Of a stretch of DNA of 64,000 bases, positions 24,103-37,335 are shown piece after piece. This DNA comes from Paraphysomonas bandaiensis (taxonomy: Eukaryota > Protista > Chrysophyceae). Within the stretch, counting starts at the first letter, position 1. Every line of letters begins with the position of its first letter. The translations under genes were made by a program, and so were the position numbers. The stretch is taken from contig CBFFRP010000445.1 in assembly GCA_965644295.1 (NCBI GenBank), forward strand, positions 1-64,000. Direction: 5' to 3'. The notes under the pieces are model-generated. The model was not told the origin of the DNA, ran no database searches, and saw only the letters and a list, made by a program, of their open reading frames with translations.

Positions 24103-26522
24103 ATGAAAGCAGGACGTAAGAAAGATAGTTGTTTATCAGAGATTCAACGTATGGAGAAACAAAGAGATGAGAGACGACGTCATATGGAAGAACGTAAAGT
24201 ACAAAGAGCCGCAGAAGAAGCACGTAATAGAGCGAATGGTAATCCTGGTGATGTTGATTTTCAAAGAATGATACAACAGTTTCGTGAAGAGAAGGTAACG
24301 GACACATACATACATATGCAGAGATGTAGATGTAGAGATGGGTATGTATATATGGGTATATGTGTATAGAGGGGTTTGTATATGGAGGTATGTATATATA
24401 TGTGTATGTATGTGGGGGTATGAATGTAGAGGGTGTGTATGTATGTGGGGGTATATGTATGGAGGTGTATATGAAGAATATATAGAGATGTATATGTGGG
24501 TATATATATAAAGGGGTATGCATGTGGGGGTATGTATATACAGATATATAATAGATATAGGGGGATATGTAAAGAGAGATATAGGAGGATATACTGTATA
24601 TAGGTACATGTAGAAATTGGGGGATGCATATGCCATTGACAGGGATATATAAGTATATGGGTGTATGGTATATATAGATAGAGATATACAGAGATGGAGA
24701 GGTGATGATATAGGGATGTGTATGGGTGAACAGTTGATATTCAATAGTATATCCACTATATCTATGTACTTATCTATATGTGTGCATGTTACACATACAC
24801 ACCTCCATATATACTCTTCTAATGAGTGGATGTGTAGTTGGCACCTGAAGAGCCTCATGCGGCTCCTGGAGAGATGAAAATCTGTATCTGCGTACGTAAG
24901 CGTCCGATAAACTCCAAAGAAATAAAAAAGAAGGATCATGATTCGGTTACATGCTGCAATCCTGCTGTAGTTGTGCACGATTGTAAGCTAAAGGTTGACG
25001 GGATTACCAAATACCTGGACAACAACATGTTCCGCATGGATCACACCTTTCATGAGGATGACACGACGGATGACATTTACATGTATGCCGTACAGCCTCT
25101 GGCGGAGTTTGTTCTAGATGGTGGTCGGGCTACAGTTTTTGCATGTAAGCATATTTTTCTTTCAACCTTTTATGTCTGGGTGGTGTATCTTGTTTATGAT
25201 TATATATATGTATTCCGCTTTGTGAGATTGTGTGCTACCTGCTCACCCTTGTCCCTTCAGACGGCCAGACTGGTAGCGGCAAAACATACACTATGGTAGG
25301 CATTCAGCGATTTATGGCCGAGGATCTATTCCACCTACTCGAGTCAGACTCCCAGTATCAGGCTGGAAAACTCCAGGTGGGAGTATCTTTCTTCGAAATA
25401 TATGGAGGACGCTGCCAGGACCTACTCAACCACCGACACAGACTGGAGATACGAGAGGATGGTGGCGGGGAAGTGCAGGTTGCTGGGCTGGAGGAGGTGG
25501 TCGCACAGGACGCATCTGGTATGCTGTCGATCATCGACATGGGAAACCGAAATAGAACCACGCATGCAACGGAGAGCAACGACGTGTCGTCACGGTCCCA
25601 TGCCATTTGCCAGATAAGCTTGCGAAACAACCATGGAAAATTAGTAGGTAAGCTAAGTCTGATTGATCTAGCGGGATCAGAGAGAGGTGCCGACACAAAG
25701 AGTCACAACAGGCAAAGGCGCATGGAAGGGGCGGAGATAAATAAAAGCTTGCTCGCATTGAAGGAATGTATTCGGGCGTTGGACTGCAACTCAACTCATG
25801 TCCCGTATAGGGCCTCTAAACTGACACTGGTTCTTAAAGACTCGTTTACTAATAAGAACTCCAGAACCGTCATGATCGTGAATGTATCACCGGCGGCTTC
25901 ATCGGCAGACCACACTCTTAACACATTGCGGTATGCTGATAGGGTTAAGGAGCGCTCCAAGAACCCACCTGCAGCTCCTGCTCCCGCTGCAGCACCTCCC
26001 GTGGCTCCTAGACGGGCACCCGTAAAGGCTCGGCAGGAACATGCCTATGACCAAGAGGAAGAGGAAAGCAAAGCAGCGCGCCAGGACAGAGATGACGATA
26101 TCCACCGGATGCATATGAGTATCAGACATGATCATCACCAGATGCACCGGCAGCATCCACCCCAGGACAAGTTGGAGGTAGAAAGGGAGGAGGAGGAAGA
26201 AGAAGATTCTGAGGCGGTGGAAGATTTACACAGGACAGTGGAGGATCTGTTTGCCGAAGAAGACATGCTGCTCAACATACATATGAATGTCATTCAGGAG
26301 AATGCAGAGTTGCTCACTGAAGAAGGCCGCTTACTACAGCAGATCCAAGGAGACGAAATTGTTGACTATGATATTGATGCCTATGCACATCGTCTAGATG
26401 AGATCCTACAACGCAAGCAGCAGCTGATTTCGCTTCTTCAAAGACGATTGACCGCATTTCGCTCTCATCTTCAGAGAGAAGAAGCTGTCAGCCGTAAAAT
26501 ACATCATATGCCCGCCTACTAG
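24103..26522 (+). CDS. Kinesin-13 family (KIF2/MCAK/KIF24-like) microtubule depolymerase
   Basis: Exons 24103-24294, 24838-25144, 25261-26522; KICICVRKRP, KLKVDGITKYL (KVD finger), FAYGQTGSGKT, SSRSHA, LIDLAGSER, SLLALKECIRAL. Confidence 0.93.
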
Positions 26523-26777
26523 GTAATCACTTCAACGAACAGACTCCTGTGTTCTTAATCAATAAGTGTAGACGTGTAGCCCACACTATTCCTAGTTAGG
26601 AGAACTGTTTTGTGCTTCTTGCTCTCTGTCCGCTAGCGTAATGTATAAATTATGTTGCTGGCTCTATCCCGTGTGGGAGAATGGTCTATGTTATGTGATT
26701 CTCCATATCTTTTCCCACTCGATAGAATACATCTTATATCCAGATAGACATGTCTTGTAGCATTAAGAACCTTACCA

Positions 26778-27886
26778 ATATATTGAAAGTCTTATTATTA
26801 GCAATAGGCGTTAAAAACCTGCACCAACTTAGTAGCTAGATGAATGCTAGTCAAACTAGATAGACCTCTACCTGTAACTATTTAACGCTACGGAAGCTGC
26901 TTGTGCGTCGCCGCAAGCACCAAGGTGTGACCACTTCCGCTCTGAGTTCTTAAGGTGAACATCCCGGATGCTTGACTTCAGCAGGCAGCCCAATACCCCG
27001 GTTACCCTTCTGGTGGGCCCTGTCCCGGATGCCTGTTTATTCGTCAGGGCCCAATGACGTCTACACAATTGACACTTATTGATGTCTCTTGTACCACACA
27101 AGCATTCGGCTATGAGTGGGCAGAAGACTATCTGCTGACTATGTTTGCGGCTCACGTTAGTTTCCCAGAGAGAATCTCTCCGGTACTTATCCCCCAGAAC
27201 ACCACAAAAAAGTTGAGGGAGAACCTTACCTGAAATAAATTCGACTCTACCATTCACAATGTGAACCCTCTAGTCAGATATTACTATCATATGATGTACA
27301 AGAAGACATATTGATGATAGTACTGTTTTGACGAAGATCTACCCGATGAGGAGAGGTTATATGGTTTCACTCCCTCAACAAAGTCGGACTCGCACCTTTT
27401 CGTGGTGTTCTGGGGGATAAGTACCGGAGAGATTCTCTCTGGGAAACTAACGTGAGCCGCAAACATGGTCAGCAGATATTCTTCTGCCCACGCATATAGC
27501 CGAATGCTTGTGTGGTACAAGGGACACCAATAAGTGTCACTTGTGTAGACGTCTTTGGGCCCTGACGAATAAACAGGCATCCGGGAATGGGCCCACCTCA
27601 AGGGCATCCGGGACAGGGCCCACCAGAAGGGTAACCGGGGTATTGGGCTGCCTGCTGAAGTCAAGCATCCGGGATGTTCACCTTAAGAACTCAGAGCGGA
27701 AGTGGTCACACCTTGGTGCTTGCGGCGACGCACAAGCAGCTTCCGTAGCGTTAAATAGTAGGATAAAAAAAGTGTGTACTGATTAGTTACAGGTAGAGGT
27801 CTATCTAGTTTATCTAGCATTCATCTAGCTACTAAGTTGGTGCAGGTTTTTAACGCCTATTGCTAATAATAAGACTTTCAATATAT
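26778..27886. mobile_element. Foldback element: two ~430-480-bp inverted arms around a ~190-bp spacer
   Basis: 26778-27208 is the near reverse complement of 27403-27886; arm ends match the 13864-14288 insert. Confidence 0.85.
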
Positions 27887-27929
27887 ATGGTTTCACTGCT
27901 GCCGATTGGTTTGGTTGTCATGTGATCTT

Positions 27930-28108
27930 AATGACTAATACTAAAAATGGAATCTACGGATGTGTTTACTTACTGATTAGTCTTTCTAATATATTGTAAT
28001 ATATTGTATAATTGTATTGTTGAGCCTGTTTAAAATCTCCATCAATAGTATTGATAGAACGCTATATCTAACAATAGTATTATTACAATATATTGTTTCC
28101 TAGCCCTG
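27930..28108 (+). mobile_element. Diverged solo 3' end of the hAT family
   Basis: ctacggatgtgtttacttactgatta...caatatattgtttcctagccctg matches 14600-14765. Confidence 0.8.
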
Positions 28109-28521
28109 ATTCACATAATATACATCCTCGTGAAATAGCTTGCCTTCTTGGAAATACTGCCCCACAAAGGATGTCTGGGCACAACCACCCACTTTTGTTA
28201 TACTGTTTTAGTTAATGTCATTTGTAAGCCTTTAGTAGAGGGTAGTATAAAACTAATTTAGCTAGAAATTAAAAAACACTCATAAGTATCGACCCTAGGC
28301 TTGAATTTAATATTCCGCATTGTTGAGTTTTGCCATTTGTGAGCAGTTAAAAGCTGTAGTTTCTAAGATATTTGTAATTATAACCCTTACTCAAAAAATA
28401 CGGAAGTAGCTAACAGTGTTATGACAGAAGTAGTTAACCGTATTATGAGAACAAATGATATGATAGCTATTATAGTACTGAAACTGAAATTATTATTAAG
28501 TAGTTCTTAATCATACTGAAG

Positions 28522-28649
28522 CAGGGCCTGGTAACCAATACCCAGTAACGGTAGTCCAGTTCCCGGCAATTATAATGGCATCAGTGAAAAATGTCCCGGC
28601 AATTATAATGGCCATTAATGCCATTACCATTAACGGTTACCAGGCCCTG
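28522..28649. mobile_element. hAT-type MITE (128 bp)
   Basis: 15-bp TIR cagggcctggtaacc; perfect 8-bp TSD TACTGAAG; internal direct repeat tcccggcaattataatggc. Confidence 0.92.
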
Positions 28650-28984
28650 TACTGAAGTATGTAGACTTAGAAAAGTGTAATCGAATTGTCAAGAAATAAT
28701 GACAAGAAAATTATTTAGTGGCGATCGAACTGAAGTTGATTCACTCATTGTTCGCTCTACAAGTGAAATTTGATTCGAAGAATGATTCACTCTTTGCAAA
28801 TATATTTACAGTGGTTCTATTGACTGTTATCAAAAAACAAACATATTCTTACTAACAGTAATTAAGAAACAACTGTGCTAAAAATATTCTCGTGAAGCAA
28901 GAATTTTAATGAATTTAAACCCAGGCGTCACGTGCAGATGTGCGGTGATGCTAAGCATATATATATCAGTAGACAAGGAAACTA

Positions 28985-31568
28985 TCACTGAGAATCTACA
29001 GTCAATCTCAGGTCTGCAACTACAGCGTAATGATCGGAGGCCCATATCGGACTATCCATATCTAACATTCCTAGTCCTTCGCGTGAGCCAACCCGGTGCG
29101 CTATGACAACAAAAAAGTTAACACTAAAAATTCGGGAAAAAGTGACTATTCTTACCGGTATCCAACGTCGTGGCTTGGCCAGCTATATGTGAGGACTCGA
29201 CCACTGCTTTCCATTTTACTGAGCGATCTGCAGCCGTTGTTGAGTTGCGCACCAAAATAAAGTCGATGCGCTTTTCGGGTTGGCAAGACGGATAAGTAAA
29301 GCCTTCCGAAGTATGACGCTCTGCTGATGAGTTCACCCATGCATCAACATATCCACAAGAAATATCACTCTCTTCGACATCCTTACGGGTATCGGTCAGA
29401 AATTCATAAGAGTACTCATCCGCTTCAGCATTGAAATCACCGGTGAGCACCTATTCATATTTGTAGCGCATTGGCAAGATAGTTATACATGCATGCGTAG
29501 GCAAAAAAATGGCACCTGTACATCTCCACTGCAGTCAAACTGCGAATGATTTCCAATGGCATGAACTGATCGCCGTCGTCCCATCTCCGATAGACTACAC
29601 GTACAGGAATATATCAATACTGTGTCATATAAAAGTGTAACTTGAAAATGACCTAAGGTGAGTGGTCATAACATCAATGGTTGGGTGATGCTTATGAGCT
29701 CCATGCACCTCAATTTGCCCGTGAAGTAACGCTCTATGATGATCATCACTACCGAAACAACACCGATTACAGAAAGACACGTACATTGGATAATCGATAG
29801 TCAATAAGTGCAATAAGTTTATAAGGAAGGACCCAAAAGCTATAATCAAGAATACCCCACCTTTTGTCATCATAGTCTCTAGGCAAAAACAATGTCTTGG
29901 AGCTTTTAATCGTAAGCCACGGTCGTTGGGACTCATCTATACTATTTTTGCCACCCATCTTTTGCAGTAAAGTCGGGCTTTTTACCATCAGGGCAACGCC
30001 TTCTTCTATGCGTTGACCCATTCGAGATCTGACACCACAAAATTGTTGGGTATCGTTACTAAATTCAAGTGTGTTAAGCTACTTTAAGTCGTACCTGTCA
30101 TACATGGACATTGCAGGCTGAAAGACAAATTGATATTTATTGACAACGTCTTTGACAGATAAATCCGTTCGTTCAGATCTCTGTACGCACTCCACACCGT
30201 CCATTTCACAAACAACAGCTTCGGAGCTGTCTGCCTCTGAACCACTCTGCAGTTGGTCAAGGGCAAGCAACAAGTGGTGCATCTGCGATCCCGATGGAAC
30301 AGTGTACCGATGACTGGAAGAGTTAGCAGCAGCATCTTTTGACGACACAAACGTGTTATCCAGGCGAACCTCCTATTTTAACAGGGCACAGTTGGAAAAA
30401 CTACATTGTACTGTGCAAAAAACAGCAATACACTAAAACACTACACAAGTACGGCACAAACTTATGATGAAAATACAGCAGAGCTATAGCATGACGGAAG
30501 GTTTAAACCTGTAGTGTAATAATGTCAGGGTCTTCCTTTAATATGACCTCTGCAAGATGCCTGGAAACTCATGAGGTGACAACAGAGAGATAGACGAATA
30601 GCATACCTGAGTCTGGAGCTATACCATTCCCACCTCTTATTCCTATATCACATATAACTCTCAGGCATTGTACAGTAGTATCAACGTTATGTAGTGCAAT
30701 ACAGATGTCATATATGTGTACAATATGCAAGATACTGGCAACAGGCCTATGCATCTATCTGTATAAGTAGAGATGTGTTGCATACTTGTCATGCACCAGC
30801 CAACTCGGTGGATTATTATGCCATATATTGTAAGTCATAACTCTGAGTTTAATGTCTTCAATGGTGTCTTCAATGGTGTCTTCAATGGTGTCTTCACTGA
30901 TGTCTTTACTAGCATCTGTATCTGTGTATGCCTCTACAGGATCTTCATATCCAGTTCTTCGCTTCAATGGACCCCATGTATGCTCAGATACAGTTGGTGT
31001 ATTATATAAATCAGTTGTAACAACCATCTTATGCATTTGTATACTTTCATTATGCTCTAATTCTAATTTTATTAAGTATTGACGGCCTAATTTAAGCTTA
31101 TGTGTATCATACTTCACAAACTCTCTCCTATTAACACACATATAGATGACAGTTACAGTATTCTCATCAAATACATACGTATTCTTACCTATATTGATCA
31201 TATAATCCAATAACAACCTCCATAGGGATTGTATGTGTCATTGTAACATATAGATCATACATCCATATATGAATTGTATGTATGGATGTTTTCATATGAA
31301 GTTCATGATATAAAATTTCATATACAGTATTCTCTATAGGATGAAATAACGATGTATTATATCCTGTATATACAGCTAATACACCACCATATGCTATTGA
31401 ACTCTCATTAATTCCTATGGACTGACTAGCATTCCAGTGATTTTGTAAATGTCCATTAAAGATACCATGAAAAGTATCATGCATAACTTGACCTGTTAAA
31501 TACCATTGCATATGACCATTACAATATGAGAATATACATATTAGAATATAATAATAAATGAATTTCAT
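28985..31568 (-). CDS. Endonuclease/exonuclease/phosphatase (EEP) family protein with N-terminal signal peptide
   Basis: MKFIYYYILICIFSYCNG signal-like start; RVMTYNIW, LQEVR, THL, GDFNA, KRIDFIL, ASDHYAVVADL motifs across about 9 exons. Confidence 0.82.
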
Positions 31569-31989
31569 GATATTTTTGATGAAATGATGGAACTTAATGA
31601 ATGAACTCAATGAATGTTGATACTCTACTCATTATACGTATGGACAGTCTGCATTTTTTATTTTTTCGGGAATAAATTGAAGCAAATATTCTCTATATTA
31701 CTGTAATACAACTACGGCTGGAATACAGAGAATTATTGTCTCAATATATGAGGCATCTTGGAACAAAAATATACACAGGGATGCTGATACGTCTGTGTGT
31801 GTGACTAGGGGGGGGTATATGAACCAAGCAAAAAACTCCGGGATTTTTAAGAGGTATAATGTATTTTTATGATCCATATATATCAAAAAGGGCGATTTTT
31901 GTCACCCATATGAATAATACACCATACATCCCCAATATGGGATATAATAAGACATGTACAGCAGTACCATATGGAGGATCTATTCGACA

Positions 31990-32230
31990 TCATGATTGGC
32001 TGCAAGTAGCCGTCTTTTCATGATGCAGTTCTTTGATTGGATAGAGTATTAACCACTCATATTGTAGAATCTGATATGAGGATGATATGATTGGTTAATT
32101 CCCTCATAACAGAACAAATATTCAATCTGCTGCTCTTGATGTTACTTAAATGTATAAGAAACATTCTGATTGGCTAAAGAATTAACTAATCATATCACTG
32201 TATTCATAAATACGACATGGTTATTGGCTA
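31990..32230 (+). promoter_or_regulatory. Cluster of five inverted CCAAT (ATTGG) boxes upstream of the desaturase
   Basis: ATTGG at about 31995, 32036, 32090, 32169 and 32223, all in the same orientation. Confidence 0.5.
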
Positions 32231-32438
32231 AAAACCTCATGACGCATGTTGAGTTGAACGGTTTCGTCATTATAAGATTAATGGTGGGGCTCATAGCTGA
32301 CGAATGGCAATGAGATCTAACGATATACATACAGATACTGCAATCTCATGATGGAACACATATAAATCATATAATATATTCGATTAGAAGTAGCTGCATT
32401 ACTCTATTACTTGTGCATATCTATTTGACTGCACAAAC

Positions 32439-34054
32439 ATGGGCAAAGGAGGTGAATCCACTCAAGTTCCAACTAAAAAAGCTATACATGCTGATAATGT
32501 AGAGAAAACTTATAAATTATCTGATCTCTCTACAGAGGAACTAAAGAAGTGGTCAAAAGCTTATGGGACACCAGTGGGAGATCGTGTTACTATGTTGAAG
32601 GAACTGGTGAGTTACATACATACACATACATATACATACTCATATGTATACATATGAGAATCTGTCATATATTTTATATGCAATTTTGAAATAGATTTTC
32701 ATTATTATCTTTAGAATCCATTGGCTGATGGTATTCTTGATCCTTATCGTCCGGCCAATCTTCCTTTGGAACCCCCTAAGTTTACGCTCAAGACTATCAA
32801 AGACGCTATTCCCCGTCACTGTTTTGAGCGCAACCTCTTGACTTCGTTCTCCCATCTTTTCGTGGACCTCGTCTACATCGCGGCCATGTTTTATGCTTCC
32901 ACCTACATCTCCATGGCACCTGTGTGGGCGCGATTTATTCTGTGGCCTGTGTACTGGTATGCCCAAGGCTCTGTTATGACTGGGGTATGGGTGATAGCAC
33001 ACGAGTGCGGTCATCAGTCGTTTTCGGATTACGAGTGGGTCAACAACACAGTTGGGTCTATTTGCCACTCTCTTCTTCTGGTACCATACCATTCTTGGAG
33101 AATTACACATGGAAAGCATCACAATAACACTGGTATGAATTCTTGTGTTATGTATCGTATTCTTCTAATCGGTATATGAAGGGTCTTGCGAAAATGACGA
33201 AGTTTTCTGCCCCTCCACTCGCTCAGATTGGGCCAACGAAATGCTCAGAGAAACTCCAATCTCTCAGTTCGTAGGTACACTCTTTCGGTTAACATGTATT
33301 CGTTACCTCATCTTATCGCATCAGGAATTTTTCTCATGCTCACCGTTGGTTGGATGCCCGGCTATCTGATTTGGAATGCTACTGGACCGGCTAAATACAG
33401 AGGAAAGAACGCCAATCATTTCTCTCCTACTGCTGTCTTCTTTTCTGAATCAGACTACTGGTTGATTGTACAGAGTGATATCTGCTTTTTCTCCGCCGTC
33501 GTTCTTTTGGCCGCAACGATATATCACTTCGGTAAGACTGCAGGCACATGTTTTAGTGCTCCTTCTAACTGTTGTTGCTTTGTGAATGTAGGATTCGTGA
33601 ATGTGTGGTGCTATTACTTGGTTCCATATATGGTTGTAAACTACCATTTGGTGCTTATTACCTACCTCCAGCACACTGACGTGTACATGCCACACTTCAG
33701 AAACAAGGTAGGGTATAGCATATCCCTATTGGGCCCTATATCATGTTACTTACTCTTTGTCAATTGTAGGAGTGGAACTGGCTCCGTGGTGCCCTGTGTA
33801 CCGTGGATCGCTCTTTTGGGCGTCTATTGGACAGGACCTTCCACCATATAGTGGATACGCATGTGTGCCACCACCTGTTTTCGAAGATGCCGTTTTACCA
33901 TGCAGAGGAGGCCACAATTCACATCAAGAAAGTGTTAGGCCCATACTATATGAAGGACGATACCTCAATTGCGCACGCTCTCTACAGATCTTTCTCTTGC
34001 TGTCAATATGTGGAAGACACGGGTGATATCGTGTTCTTCAAAAACATTAAGTAA
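32439..34054 (+). CDS. FAD2: Delta-12 (omega-6) fatty acid desaturase
   Basis: MGKGG start; PKFTLKTIKDAIPRHCFER; His boxes HECGH, HGKHH, HVCHH; LVPYHSWRITH; six exons. Confidence 0.92.
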
Positions 34055-34726
34055 AGTGAGTATATGTATTGTAGCCGCGTATATTAAAGTGAGTAGAGAT
34101 GCAGCTGAAGTTTTTTCCTCTATATAATCATCTTCTTTTCGAATTTTGTGTTCTATTCTCTTCTAGTGTTATTGTAAAGGAAATCCTACAATCCACCTAG
34201 TTCGCAAATTCTTTTATTAAGTCGAGTTGACGGTAGATTATAGCTGAAGTCGGAAAAGTAAGGAGATGGAGAGCTATAATTCATCACACATAGTGTGGCA
34301 TCGCTAGCAAGAATGAATTTATCATATGTAGCTACATGATTAACGTACTCATTCTCGTCTTTGAATAAAGACAATTAGATCATTAATTAACTCATGTATT
34401 ATGTATTCTTAAACTAGTGGTCATAATGCGACTACCTTGAAATACATCTTTTAATTGCTTCCACATAAGCAAATCTTAACATAGTGGATACTGCAGTGAG
34501 GTTAAAAGCTTTAAAGAAAAATAAAATTCTGATAACTAGGTAGGGATTATTATTCAGTTGTTGTGGCTTGAAAACAACCCTTTAGTCAATGCAAATCATA
34601 TTTCTAATAACACCTAAACTATTAGATTATTCCTCCGTCCTAAGATTATTATTATCAAGAGTACGTTGAAAACCAACACTACTTCTGGATATTAAAATTG
34701 CCCCTGTCTAGAGGTTACTCTGTCAC

Positions 34727-36284
34727 CTAAAGCCTCGATTTGAATCTGGGGGTACGCTGCACTTCCGCCTGCACAAATCGGCTCAATCACTGCATATAAC
34801 ACGTTCTCTTCGCCATACCTTAATGATACCATGAGGCTCATCGATGGGGTAGAATATATCAGGTTTTCCAGTATGGTCCGCATTCTTGATTCCATATTTC
34901 TCAAGAGGGAAGACAAGGTTGTGAATATTCGGCATGTATATGCTAACCTACACCGCAATTCACCGTTACTAGCTCCGAACTTCTGCTTAAAATAGTAAAT
35001 CTACGTGTCTGCTACAATACCTTGTTGATACTGGGCTGTTGCTGGATGACCTTTTCTGCCATGATGTACAGGGTTTCCTGCACTGACTTGCTGTAAACTC
35101 CTGTGTCAGCAGGTCCGACAATAGTGTTCAAGAGAGAAGTCTCCACGTCGTTGTAGATCTACGGTTTCACATATCAAACGCATAGCAAGCACACATTTGC
35201 AAGCACCTTGTCAAAAGGGGTGGATGGGTTAGCCACTGCAGATGCATCGTACTCCCACTCCGCCTCTGTCAATACAGCATTAGTATATACCTCCGTCACA
35301 TTCACTTCCAGAGAGGATAGCACGTACACAAGTCAGTGAACCGATTGCATATACTTAATAGTACTGTGAGGGAATAATAACATACCAATGGAAGTAGCCA
35401 GAATACGGTCAGAATCTTCAGGTAGCGACGTGTACTGGCACTTGTGGAAGTTGGTGAAACCTATAATCGTAAAAAAGATTATAACCACTGTCGACCGTAC
35501 AACAACGTATATTTATATTATGTTCTCGTGACGGCAGTACCTGACTGTGTGGTCTTGAGAACCGTCAGTCCACGAACGCCAGAGCGAACAGAGAAAGCAA
35601 AGCCCCCTGTAGACAATACCACATCACTGGACTATACATACAGCATGAGGATTATGTTGCACTCACTTCCAGGTGAAGAAGCAGTGCCAGTTACAACTGT
35701 GTAAGGCACACTGGGTCCCACCCTCTTGAAGGCATGAGAATGGGGTCTCATTCGACCATTAGAGTCTGGGCAGACCACTCGCTCCCATGAATCTCTCTTG
35801 ATATTAACAGAGACCTATGATCCATCGTATCAATAAGAAAAGCCATATCACTCCATCAGTACATACAAACCTTATTGACGATATCAGGATACTCTGTCAT
35901 AAAGTGACGTGCGACAATGATTCCAAATTGTTCGATTGATTGAAAACTATTTTTTTTTCCCAAACAGTAAATTGTATTTTTACATGTGTCGGTTGGCACC
36001 ACATTCGAGTTATCACCCGTTAAAAATGCAGATGACATATTGGGTCCCTGTATATAATTACTTACAACTATACAGTGTGTATATATAACACGTACCTCAA
36101 GAAGGACCTCTACTGATACTTGAATAATGTTATGGTTACCTGTACGGGGGCACCGGATGACCTGTAATATATATCCATATATATGGAATGTGATAAATTG
36201 GAATGTTTATTGCAATAAATGTTGTACCTTAACCATCCTTACACGGCCTTTGCCATGTGTGTTAAATCCAAGTCGAATAGACAT
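34727..36284 (-). CDS. UOX: Urate oxidase (uricase), peroxisomal
   Basis: HGKGRVRMVK, GDNSNVVPTDTCKNT, LTVLKTTQS, YSKSVQETLY, LPNIH, PIDEPHGIIK; spliced last exon AEVQRTPRFKSRL* (PTS1). Confidence 0.92.
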
Positions 36285-37335
36285 TGTTTAGTTAGTTAAT
36301 TTTTGCAAAATAAGTTATATATGTTGTGATCTAGCTTGACTGGTGCATGAATTGCAATGTTATATAGTCACATCTCTCTACATACATGCATATACTGCAA
36401 CTGTATGTGTTTCCACTGCAACATAACCACATACACATACATACATACATACGTATACATACACATACATACATCCACTTCAAGTATGTGTATACTGCAA
36501 GGTGTACCATACATACATAGACGCTGTATACACTATACATCATTTTACTGCAAATTTACAGGACGAAGTATAAAAATATGGATATTTTGGTTATAATAAT
36601 CTAAATACTACACATTTTACAACCCAAAAATCCAGATTTTCGAATCATGCATGTTGTCCTCTGCACCACACCACTGCACAGAAAGGCACAACAGCGTAAA
36701 ATACGCCGATTTCTATGATTTAAAATGACAAAAAACGAAAATTACATTGATTTCTAGGGTTTATTTAAAAAATCTCCTATTTCTTCTCCGAAAAGTGTTG
36801 TATGCAGCAGTCTATCATCATGTTGCGTATGTACCACAAAAAGCAGTTTTTTGTGTTTTTTTGTAGTGTAGAGTATACAGCAGTGTATGTACCGCGTATG
36901 GTATGGTGTCGTAGTGTTGTGCATGCACACACAAGCGGCATATACATATGCATACACAGCTACACCAGCATACATGCATATATATACATACACCAACAGC
37001 ATATACACAGCAGTACCAGCAAAAAATGTATACAGCAGTGTATGCATACACCAGCACTACATACATCTGCATACACCAGCAGCATATACACAGCAGTGTA
37101 TGCATACACCAGCAGCCTACACATACATACATCTACAGCATACATACATACATACATATTATACCATCATGCAGCCCTCTACACACATATATACACACAT
37201 ATACTCACATCAAACCCTTCGATCACCTTCATACATTGCAATCACCTTAATACACACTCATTAGACATGCTGCTCTACACCATATCATCTCAATAGCTCT
37301 CTATCTAAGCCTCTCATAGAATCCCAATACATCAA

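Noticed and set aside
27558-27630. Hammerhead ribozyme core (CTGACGA) in the foldback arm
   Set aside because: No stem II followed by GAAA at the required position
26868-27786. ORFs within the foldback arms
   Set aside because: Mirror-image short frames with no transposase or RT motifs
34692-34958. Track ORF as the uricase C-terminus
   Set aside because: Wrong frame; the conserved LPNIH/PHG motifs and SRL end come from a different spliced frame
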